Assembly (NCBI GenBank): GCA_029260875.1
Contig: JAJDCL010000013.1
Coordinates: 7,985 to 71,984, forward strand
Length of the DNA stretch: 64,000 bases
Direction of reading: 5' to 3'
DNA from: Candidatus Saccharimonadota bacterium
GTDB taxonomy: Bacteria > Patescibacteriota > Saccharimonadia > Saccharimonadales > OFTM59
Part shown: piece by piece, positions 57,026 through 64,000 of the stretch
Position numbering within the stretch: the stretch's first letter is position 1
Layout of the letters: every line of letters starts with the position of its first letter
Position numbers and translations under genes: made by a program
Notes under the pieces: generated by a model
Databases searched by the model: none
What the model was told of the DNA's origin: nothing
The model's input: only the letters and a program-made list of their open reading frames with translations

Positions 57026-58472
57026 TTTCTGTAGTCGGAGCCGTCTCCTTGCGGGGGAACAGGCTAGTTTCTGTTGGGCGTACGATCCCGTCTTCAAAGA
57101 TATGGCGTATTTTACTAGCTGTCTCGGGGAGTAGAGGCTCTAAGAGCTGAGCGATTTCAAGCAAGCAGCTAACCTGATACGCTAAAACTTCTCGCAAATG
57201 GTCGGCGTCATCGTCTTTATGTATTTTCCAGGGCTTTTCCTCATCAATGTATTGGTTAAGGCCACGGACTTGCTCCCATACCTCGTTCAAAGCTTGATCA
57301 AATCGATAATCTTCTAACGCTACACGATATTGAGCGGTGTCGTGTTCCGCGGGTGGGATATCACCTATAAGACCGTTCTGGTACTGCTTAATCATAGCTA
57401 CTGTGCGCTGTACGGCATTGCCGAGCTCATTGCCGAGCTCATTATTATAGGCACTGTGCAGCTTGGCCCAGCTGAAATCTCCATCATCGTAACTAGGTAC
57501 GTGTCGCAAAAAATAATATCTAAATGCATCCGCGCCATACTCATCAATTATTTCTTTAGGGTGAATTACGTTGCCCAGGCTCTTGCTCATCTTTTGGCCT
57601 TCAACGGTTATAAAACCATGCACAAACAGATCTTTAGGTAGAGGCAAACCAAGCGCCAGTAACATGCCAGGCCAAATTGCGGCATGAAAACGCAAAATGT
57701 CTTTGCCTATAACCTGCACATTAGCCGGCCAATAACCTTTAAAGTCTTTGTGCTCAGGATAACCAAGCACAGTTATATAGTTCATTAGCGCCTCAAACCA
57801 AACATACATAACCTGATTTTCATCGCCCGGCACAGGTATGCCCCAGTTAATTTTCTCTTTTGGGCGTGAGATACTAATGTCGTCTAGGCCACTTTTTAAA
57901 ACTTGGTCAATTTCGTGTTTGCGCGTATTTGGAAGTACACGAAACGTACCACTCACTAATGCTCGCTGGATCGGCTGTGTATATTTACTAAGCTTAAAGA
58001 AGTAGTTCTCTTCCTCAATTTTTTCATATGGTTTGTTGTGGTGAGGGCATATACCTTTGTTTTCTTTTGCCGCGGCTTCAGTTACAAACGCTTCGCAGCC
58101 AGTGCAGTACAAACCGCTGTATTTGTCTTTATAGATATCTTTTTCTAGCGCTTTCCAGATTAGGCCGGCACGCTGTTCATGGCCAGGGTCAGTTGTTCTG
58201 ATAAATCGGTCATTGCTGATATTAAGCAGCTTGGCTACATCACTGAATTGTTTGCTGATTTCGTCACTGAATTGTTTGGGGGTCTTGCCTTGTTCGGCGG
58301 CCTTTTCGGCAACTTTACCACCATGTTCGTCAGTACCCGTGCTAAAAATAACGGACTTTCCTTGTTGGCGGGCATAGCGGGCCATAACGTCACCGTGCAA
58401 AAGCTCCATACCAAAACCAATATGTGGCTCGCCGTTAACATAGGGAATAGAAGTGGTGACATAGTAATTCAT
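57018..58472 (-). CDS. metG: methionine--tRNA ligase, short form (484 aa)
   Basis: HIGH region ..PYVNGEPHIGF... KMSKS present (QKMSKSLGN). No C-terminal tRNA-binding appendage. Confidence 0.95.
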   Translation of the reverse strand: MNYYVTTSIPYVNGEPHIGFGMELLHGDVMARYARQQGKSVIFSTGTDEHGGKVAEKAAEQGKTPKQFSDEISKQFSDVAKLLNISNDRFIRTTDPGHEQRAGLIWKALEKDIYKDKYSGLYCTGCEAFVTEAAAKENKGICPHHNKPYEKIEEENYFFKLSKYTQPIQRALVSGTFRVLPNTRKHEIDQVLKSGLDDISISRPKEKINWGIPVPGDENQVMYVWFEALMNYITVLGYPEHKDFKGYWPANVQVIGKDILRFHAAIWPGMLLALGLPLPKDLFVHGFITVEGQKMSKSLGNVIHPKEIIDEYGADAFRYYFLRHVPSYDDGDFSWAKLHSAYNNELGNELGNAVQRTVAMIKQYQNGLIGDIPPAEHDTAQYRVALEDYRFDQALNEVWEQVRGLNQYIDEEKPWKIHKDDDADHLREVLAYQVSCLLEIAQLLEPLLPETASKIRHIFEDGIVRPTETSLFPRKETAPTTENA

Positions 58473-58516
58473 AGAGTTCTTAGTATAACAGGCTTGCTAC
58501 GTGAACTATTGGCCAG

Positions 58517-59239
58517 CTAGTTACGCCCTTTGGCCAATAGTCGTAAGATCTCCAGATATAACCAAACAAGCGTCACCATAAGCCCGAACGCGCTGTACCA
58601 TTCCATATATTTGGGGGCCTTGGCTTCAGCGCCTTGTTCAATAAAGTCAAAGTCCATGACAAGGTTCAAGGCCGCTATCCCAATCACAAATACAGAAAAT
58701 ATAATACCGCCAGTACCACTATCCCAGATTAGTGGCAAGCTGTTGCCGGTAAATATCCCGACCAACAGGTTCACGATGTAGTAAAGAGCAATCCCGCCAG
58801 TTGCAGCCGTAACCGCCAGCTTAAAGTTTTCGGTAACTTTGATTAGTCCGCTTTTATAAATAACAAGCATGCAGAAAAATATACCAAAGGTAAGCGCCAC
58901 CGCGGTCATTACAATACCGCCGTATTCCGCTTCAAAAAGACGCGAAACAACACCTAAGAAAAATCCTTCCAGCACAACATAAATTGGTGTAGTAACAGGT
59001 GCCCATTGCTTTTTAAAGATCGTAACAATTGCAACCAAAAACCCTACAATCGGTGCTGCTAGGGCAAGCAACATAAAATTCTCGCCGGCATTCCAGCCAA
59101 AGATTGCGCTCGCAACACATAACATCAACGCCGTCAGTGACTTGTTGACCGCACCATTTAGTGTCATCGGATCGGCGTCCGCTTCTAATCCCTCAAAAGT
59201 TTTTTTGCTGAGTGCCGGGTTGCCAGTTTTGTATGCCAT
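58517..59239 (-). CDS. Bax inhibitor-1/YccA family membrane protein
   Basis: Seven TM, N-terminus MAYKTGNPALS.., C-terminal ..YLEILRLL.. typical of BI-1-like proteins. Confidence 0.8.
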   Translation of the reverse strand: MAYKTGNPALSKKTFEGLEADADPMTLNGAVNKSLTALMLCVASAIFGWNAGENFMLLALAAPIVGFLVAIVTIFKKQWAPVTTPIYVVLEGFFLGVVSRLFEAEYGGIVMTAVALTFGIFFCMLVIYKSGLIKVTENFKLAVTAATGGIALYYIVNLLVGIFTGNSLPLIWDSGTGGIIFSVFVIGIAALNLVMDFDFIEQGAEAKAPKYMEWYSAFGLMVTLVWLYLEILRLLAKGRN

Positions 59240-59500
59240 ATTTCCTTCTGTCCGTTAATAAATTATAACGTAATTACAAAAGTGTTGTTTAAAACCATCA
59301 GGTTCAGAGTGATTCTCTAAGATCCTGGCGATCTATATTATGTAAAAATTCCGCTAATCTCTTTAAAAAAACACGCGCCTGCTTTTTACAATTTTCTGCA
59401 TGACTACTGACAAGCCTAATCAACCCGTCTCGTTCAGTTCTGGAAATTACCGTATCTCATCAACCAACAATCCCGCACTTTGCTTCGCATCTACAGTTCG

Positions 59501-60142
59501 CTACTTTCCATGTTTGATAAGTTCCCAACTGCGCGCGCAAAAACCATTAGGGTTTGTTTGACATTCTTCGGCCGAATACGTATCTAAATATCGATGCATG
59601 ATAGCCGAATAAGCTATATCAGCCTCGTCTAAGTGCTCAAGACGAGGACGGCGCTGCATGAGATACATTACTTCCACTCTTCCGGCCCCGGCTAATTCGG
59701 CTTCATGGGCCACTTGCACCGACATACTACCCTTTGTACCAATATCGTCTATGACCAAAACTAGCCCAGACCTCAACGTGCTCATCATTGAGCGAGCAAT
59801 AGAATTAAGGCGCACTTTTTTCTTATCGGTTGGATATTTTTCAGACCGAAGCCCAGATATCTTGGGGATACCAAGCGCCATGGATATTGCGAACCGGTTT
59901 GCTCCGTTGGCGGTTCCAATCAGTGCTACTGGCAGACCCTTAGGGCCATAATGATCATAAATAAACTCTATACCCGCATTTACAAGTTCAGCGTACAAAG
60001 AACCTTCCTTTGGGATTGCGTCTATATTTATCTTTTGCCCGTGCATACCGTCGGCAAACTCGTGATGCACCCCCTCTGGGTCAAAAACGCCGGGATGCTG
60101 AAGTATTTCGTCTTCAAGTTCTTTAAGATTTGCCGTATCCAT
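59501..60142 (-). CDS. phosphoribosyltransferase (orotate PRTase-like)
   Basis: PRPP loop ..GLVLVIDDIGTKGSMS... 1-nt gap from pyrF. Substrate specificity not established. Confidence 0.6.
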   Translation of the reverse strand: MDTANLKELEDEILQHPGVFDPEGVHHEFADGMHGQKINIDAIPKEGSLYAELVNAGIEFIYDHYGPKGLPVALIGTANGANRFAISMALGIPKISGLRSEKYPTDKKKVRLNSIARSMMSTLRSGLVLVIDDIGTKGSMSVQVAHEAELAGAGRVEVMYLMQRRPRLEHLDEADIAYSAIMHRYLDTYSAEECQTNPNGFCARSWELIKHGK

Positions 60143-60143
60143 A

Positions 60144-60896
60144 TTATGCAGCTCGCGCCCTTTTTACTTCTTCAAATACTGCCCAGAATGCGTCCCGTGG
60201 TGTCAAGCCACCTATTAGTCCAAATTGCTCAGTAATCGGGCGGCCCACTACAATTCTACTCGCGCCCCATTCAATTGCCTCAGTGGGAGTCGCGTAATTC
60301 TGCTGATCGTTAGGCATAGACCAAGCAGGCCTGATGCCAGGCGTCACCTTCTCAACATTATCAAAATCCGAGTACTTGGCGAGCATACGTAAGTCTTGTG
60401 GCGAACATATCACACCGTCCAGACCAACCTCTAGAACTTTATTCGCAAAACAGAGAACCTGTTCATTTCGAGGACGCCCGTAATCGCTTAACACTTCATC
60501 ATCAGTCTTATCAGTTAATAATGTAACCCCTAAGACCTTTGTCTCAGGCGAGACTTCATCTCTTAAATCAAGTAGGGCTTCTAAAGCAACAATTGAACTG
60601 TCGGCAAAAATATTAATAAAATCTGGCTGACATGAAAGTATCACCCTACCAAGGTCATGAACAGTGTTATTAATTTCGTGTAGTTTAGCGTCAGCGAAGA
60701 CGTCGAACTCATGAATCTGTGCTTCATTTATTGGCGCAGGCCAACCAGTCTTAGCTGCAATAGTTTGCCCAATCTTGCATCCTGCACCGGTACCATGTAG
60801 TTGGCCTAGTAAGGACCGCGCCTCGGCGCTATATATACTTTCACAATCAAAGGCTACATAAATTTGCGAAGCTATCTGTCGGTCAGTTGTTGTCAC
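60144..60896 (-). CDS. pyrF: orotidine-5'-phosphate decarboxylase
   Basis: ..VAFDC.., ..CKIG.., ..ADAKLHEINNTV.. (DxKxxDI block with D to E), ..GLDGVICS.., ..VTPGIR.., ..IVVGRPIT... Confidence 0.8.
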   Translation of the reverse strand: MTTTDRQIASQIYVAFDCESIYSAEARSLLGQLHGTGAGCKIGQTIAAKTGWPAPINEAQIHEFDVFADAKLHEINNTVHDLGRVILSCQPDFINIFADSSIVALEALLDLRDEVSPETKVLGVTLLTDKTDDEVLSDYGRPRNEQVLCFANKVLEVGLDGVICSPQDLRMLAKYSDFDNVEKVTPGIRPAWSMPNDQQNYATPTEAIEWGASRIVVGRPITEQFGLIGGLTPRDAFWAVFEEVKRARAA

Positions 60897-60945
60897 AAGC
60901 TATTGTCTCGCTTCTTCCGCCCGTTAATTTGTTTTGATTATAAAC

Positions 60946-61113
60946 CTATGTTGACGATAAATGCCATAAGCCGCAGTGCTTACAATGATAGGCTTTTAGT
61001 TTCACACCGCGTCGCCATTTAAGTGTAGCCGCCGAGCCCTGCGCCTGGAGCTTAGTATCAAACACTAATTTGTCCGCACATGGCAGCACTGTTTCACTCT
61101 TTTCCATCAACAT
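60946..61113 (-). CDS. possible small zinc-ribbon protein
   Basis: C-terminus ..LPCAD...KAYHCKHCGLWHLSST. The track start 61155 overlaps the trehalase gene by 62 nt, so an internal Met (61113 or 61107) is more likely. Confidence 0.35.
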   Translation of the reverse strand: MLMEKSETVLPCADKLVFDTKLQAQGSAATLKWRRGVKLKAYHCKHCGLWHLSST

Positions 61114-62404
61114 ATTCTTGGCAGAAGCGTTCAAAGACAGCATTTGTCCAGCCAAATCCGGTTTGTGTTGGATATAAGCCTTTTGCGGGCGGCTTATCAG
61201 GCTGCACTACATTGTATTTTTCCAGGAACACACCGTGGCTGTTGAACCAGTTAAGGTTAGTCCTGATCCATTTAAACGCTATTCGGCGCGCGTCTTCGTG
61301 ATACCCGTATCGTTGTAGGCCTTTGACAACTATGAGATGCAACGGCGCCCAACCATTTGGATATGCCCACTGCGTAGGTATAGTACCTCGGACGTATTGG
61401 TTTAAGGGTTGAACATCGGTCGTTGCCAGGCCTCCGCGGTTCTCAAAACGCCGAAGTGACTTTACTAGTTCTTTAGCCCTTTTGTTATCTACCATCCCCG
61501 CCCACATTGGGAAATAGCTTGCGAGCGATGACACGTTGCCGCGTTTTCCTTTTTCGTAATTATAGTCATAGTAAAGATCTCTTAATTCACTCCACATAAG
61601 CTCGTTCATAGTCTTATTGCGTTCTGCTGCTGCGACCTCCCAATAAGCCGTCTGTCTACGATCATTTAGTAGGCGATAATAACGCGCAAAGTCGGTTTCG
61701 TATTTATACAGCATTGCATTTAGGTCCACCGGAAGATAGTTGAGACATTTGTGGTTAAAGCGCGGGGTCATATCCCAGCCACTTTCTGCTTCTGCCAAAT
61801 TGTGTTGGTAATTAATGTCGTAAAAGCGGCTAAGGTCTCTGTGAACTTTGCGAGCATTCGGTTTAGTGGTGCCCATCCACACAATTTCATATTCTTGTTG
61901 AGCGACTGTCATACACCCCTGCAACCACTCCAGACTCATGTTGTATTTTTCATAAGCCTCCCAAATAAATGTGGTAAGAAGTGGTGGCTGACTTCTCCCC
62001 ATCAGAAATGTCCGCGAAGCATTTGGAATAATTTTGTACCTTTTGAACAAGAAAATAATGTTTTCGAGCATACCAAGCACTAGGTCTTTGTGCTCTTCGT
62101 CCATAATACCCTGAACCATAAAGTAGCTATCCCAGTAGTACATCTCGTTGTAGTCAAATTCAGTACCTACTTCATAAGAAGGCACAAGATAAGGTTTGGG
62201 TAAGCCTATAAGGCTATCCTCGTCATTGGGGCAATAACGCTGCAGCTTACCCCAATACTGCTTAATGTATGCGCGAGCCGGGAGGACATCATCAGCCGTT
62301 AGCTCGTGAGATGACTTAAAAAGCTGGAAGTTTCGCACTCTACGCACGGCGTCATTGGCGGGGTTTAGTATCATAAGCCACTGGTCGCTTTCGTGTATTT
62401 GCAT
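61094..62404 (-). CDS. alpha,alpha-trehalase (GH37)
   Basis: GH37 signatures ..EFDYNEMYYWDSYFMVQGI.. and ..QWAYPNGWAPLHLIVVKGL... Confidence 0.9.
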   Translation of the reverse strand: MQIHESDQWLMILNPANDAVRRVRNFQLFKSSHELTADDVLPARAYIKQYWGKLQRYCPNDEDSLIGLPKPYLVPSYEVGTEFDYNEMYYWDSYFMVQGIMDEEHKDLVLGMLENIIFLFKRYKIIPNASRTFLMGRSQPPLLTTFIWEAYEKYNMSLEWLQGCMTVAQQEYEIVWMGTTKPNARKVHRDLSRFYDINYQHNLAEAESGWDMTPRFNHKCLNYLPVDLNAMLYKYETDFARYYRLLNDRRQTAYWEVAAAERNKTMNELMWSELRDLYYDYNYEKGKRGNVSSLASYFPMWAGMVDNKRAKELVKSLRRFENRGGLATTDVQPLNQYVRGTIPTQWAYPNGWAPLHLIVVKGLQRYGYHEDARRIAFKWIRTNLNWFNSHGVFLEKYNVVQPDKPPAKGLYPTQTGFGWTNAVFERFCQEYVDGKE

Positions 62405-62841
62405 GATCTATGCATCAATTGATGTGGTAAGCCCAAGCCTGCATTATTTCGTCGCTCGATATACCTGCAAAGTTTGCGAGCTGAATAACCGCCTAGCGTA
62501 TCCGCTGTAGTCTTCTGAGCATAGCTGCTTGCAGTGGTATTGTTTCCTTCTGTCTTCAGCCCCATCATACACTTATGTTAGCAGATTCACGGTGCTCCCG
62601 TGCAAGCGTTGTTTGATCACACCTTACCCTGTGGTGATAATCATATTTTGCAGCACTGCCCCCTGGCCTAACGTTGTATCAGGCTAGTAACAGCTTAGCG
62701 ATTACCTTTTACTTACCGGCAGTTCAGTTCGCGCCGTGTTTTTGCCCCTTCTCTGGCTAGCCCTCTGTGCACTGTTATGGTTAGATCCTCTTGGTAGAGA
62801 GAGACACTTTTCTGGATAAGCCTTGGTAATATTTTTATCAA

Positions 62842-63315
62842 CTAAATAACTTCAATAACTGCGCGCATTTGTACCGGATGGGGCGAACAATAGTACAGGT
62901 ATAGCCCCGGCTCATCAAATGTGTAGCTGTAGGATTCGCCACGATCCAATATGTCGCTACTAGGGCCTTGCATTGGGCTGTTCTTATCTGTTTTAACGTC
63001 GTGTCCGATCATACCGTTATTAGTCCAAGTGACTGTCGTACCAACACTAATCTTCATAACTGTAGGATCAAAGTAAAAATCACCTATTGTAACGTTGGCT
63101 TTCTGTGCACCCACCCTGTCTGTGGTGGATTTCTTTATTGCGGTGCGTATGTGGTCATTAGATTTACTTTGGTTCGTCTCACTAATAACACTACTATCCG
63201 CCTCTTCCTTGGCATTACTCTGATCTACGGGGCTGCTGCCTGAAAATTTAGCCAGCACAACAAACCCACCAACCAAAATTATTCCTGTTACTATAAATGT
63301 TAAGGTTTTCTTCAT
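62842..63315 (-). CDS. cupredoxin (plastocyanin/amicyanin-like blue copper protein), N-terminally anchored
   Basis: Type-1 Cu ligands ..GHDV.. and ..YYCSPHPVQM... N-terminal TM. Confidence 0.85.
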   Translation of the reverse strand: MKKTLTFIVTGIILVGGFVVLAKFSGSSPVDQSNAKEEADSSVISETNQSKSNDHIRTAIKKSTTDRVGAQKANVTIGDFYFDPTVMKISVGTTVTWTNNGMIGHDVKTDKNSPMQGPSSDILDRGESYSYTFDEPGLYLYYCSPHPVQMRAVIEVI

Positions 63316-63375
63316 TCTCCCTCCTAGTATATATTATAGCCATTTTGCGATTCAGGCATAACACCAGACAATTAA

Positions 63376-63405
63376 CTTGACAAATAACCCAGGGCCTTTA
63401 ATAAT
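63376..63405 (+). promoter_or_regulatory. promoter for the terminal partial ORF
   Basis: TTGACA (63377-82), 17 nt, AATAAT (63400-05). The ATG lies 9 nt downstream, giving a near-leaderless arrangement. Confidence 0.45.
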
Positions 63406-63414
63406 GACATTATT

Positions 63415-64000
63415 ATGAATGCAAGTCCGGAATATTTAGACCTCGAGGCGTTCATTGACGGACAATTACCCCCCATATTAGCGGCTCAGAATGCTGTGCT
63501 TTGTTCACCAACTACTGCAGAACTGACAAGCTTGTACTTATCTGAGCTAGATGCTGCTACCCAATTAACTGCTAGAATTCGAAGTTTGAATTCGCGACTT
63601 GTGATAGAAGGACGCAGTAATATAATTGATGCCGAGATCGAGAATTTTGTTATCAGCAGGGAGGAAGAAAGAGTTGAACGGCTGTGCTTACATATAGAGA
63701 GTGATGTCCGAAACGAGTTAAGGCGTCGCCACTTTTTAACTGCGTTAATTGCAAACGACGCAGGCGCAAAAAAAACTACTAAGCACCACAGAGATGCCTT
63801 GCGCGCTATTAAGGCTCCACCGGGCGTTAAGCGTGGAGGACGAATGATCGCCGGACTAGACGAATACCCCTATGAGATTTATTTTGGAACAGGCAGACCA
63901 GAGATCATGGATGCTGTGATTTCGGCCGCTTTAGATCGTCATGAAATCTACCCAATCGCCGACCCTGTCGTCGAACGAACAGTAGCCGGTTTACTACATA
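63415..64000 (+). CDS. hypothetical protein, N-terminal part (frame open to window end)
   Basis: Hand-translated as MNASPEYLDLEAFIDGQLPPILAAQNAVLCSPTTAELTSLYL...RHEIYPIADPVVERTVAGLLH. 195 codons with no stop. Absent from the ORF track because it has no stop in the window. Confidence 0.6.
   Translation, partial: MNASPEYLDLEAFIDGQLPPILAAQNAVLCSPTTAELTSLYLSELDAATQLTARIRSLNSRLVIEGRSNIIDAEIENFVISREEERVERLCLHIESDVRNELRRRHFLTALIANDAGAKKTTKHHRDALRAIKAPPGVKRGGRMIAGLDEYPYEIYFGTGRPEIMDAVISAALDRHEIYPIADPVVERTVAGLLH

Noticed and set aside
62405-62841. tmRNA, RNase P RNA or SRP RNA in the long intergenic region, and the 65-aa ORF 62371..62568
   Set aside because: None of the expected hallmarks was found on either strand: no tRNA-like GGTTCGA..CCACCA end, no GAGGAAAGTCC-type P4 motif, and no GGAA-tetraloop/AGCAGC SRP helix-8 motif. 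The ORF overlaps the trehalase start and has an odd composition.

Overview
This 64-kb window is a compact, almost gap-free bacterial chromosome segment. It uses the standard genetic code, with TAA, TAG and TGA all serving as stops. It holds about 75 protein genes, most on the minus strand, and many have 1-14 nt start/stop overlaps. No search tools were run, so all family calls rest on motifs read directly in the translations.

Housekeeping content:
- DNA repair and recombination: uvrA, uvrC, sbcB, ruvX.
- Translation: short-form alaS and metG, mnmA, trhO, obg, rplY.
- Division and cell wall: an ftsA-like gene, mltG, and a LysM/CHAP hydrolase.
- Energy: an F1-type ATP synthase block (b-delta-alpha-gamma-beta-epsilon).
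- Other: secG, pyrF plus a phosphoribosyltransferase, a NifS-like cysteine desulfurase, tatD, two ABC systems, a GH37 trehalase and a cupredoxin.
- Five intact tRNAs, all with encoded CCA: Gly-GCC, Phe-GAA, Leu-CAG, Val-TAC, Leu-GAG.

The shortened synthetases, the many anchored hypothetical surface proteins, the absence of biosynthetic operons and the mid-range GC (by eye) suggest a reduced-genome, CPR/Patescibacteria (Saccharibacteria-like) organism. That placement is inference only.

Features beyond routine annotation:
1. The right end of an integrated element occupies nt 1 to about 3941. It carries small ORFs, a SpoVG-like gene, a gene-II-like Rep candidate and a large serine recombinase whose stop codon lies inside tRNA-Gly. 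A decayed tRNA-Gly copy and the best promoter sit just beyond it.
2. A roughly 170-nt structured sequence follows each of the two tRNA-Leu genes. Each copy ends in a duplicate of the tRNA 3' end. The two copies are inverted and bracket a 2.2-kb segment.
3. A six-gene, co-oriented locus (41.0-47.0 kb) encodes three paralogous secreted beta-rich proteins, a membrane-anchored two-module DUF916/DUF3324-like protein, a PKD protein and an anchored unknown. A divergent anchored beta-helical protein lies next to it. This is my best candidate for an undescribed surface-structure or attachment system.
4. The ATP synthase operon has no recognisable a or c subunit gene. It is headed instead by a secreted-domain protein with a c-subunit-like hairpin that lacks the carboxylate.
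5. Candidate regulatory leaders lie upstream of the ABC exporter (a 22-codon uORF) and of the LysM/CHAP hydrolase.

No rRNA, CRISPR array or transposase was seen.
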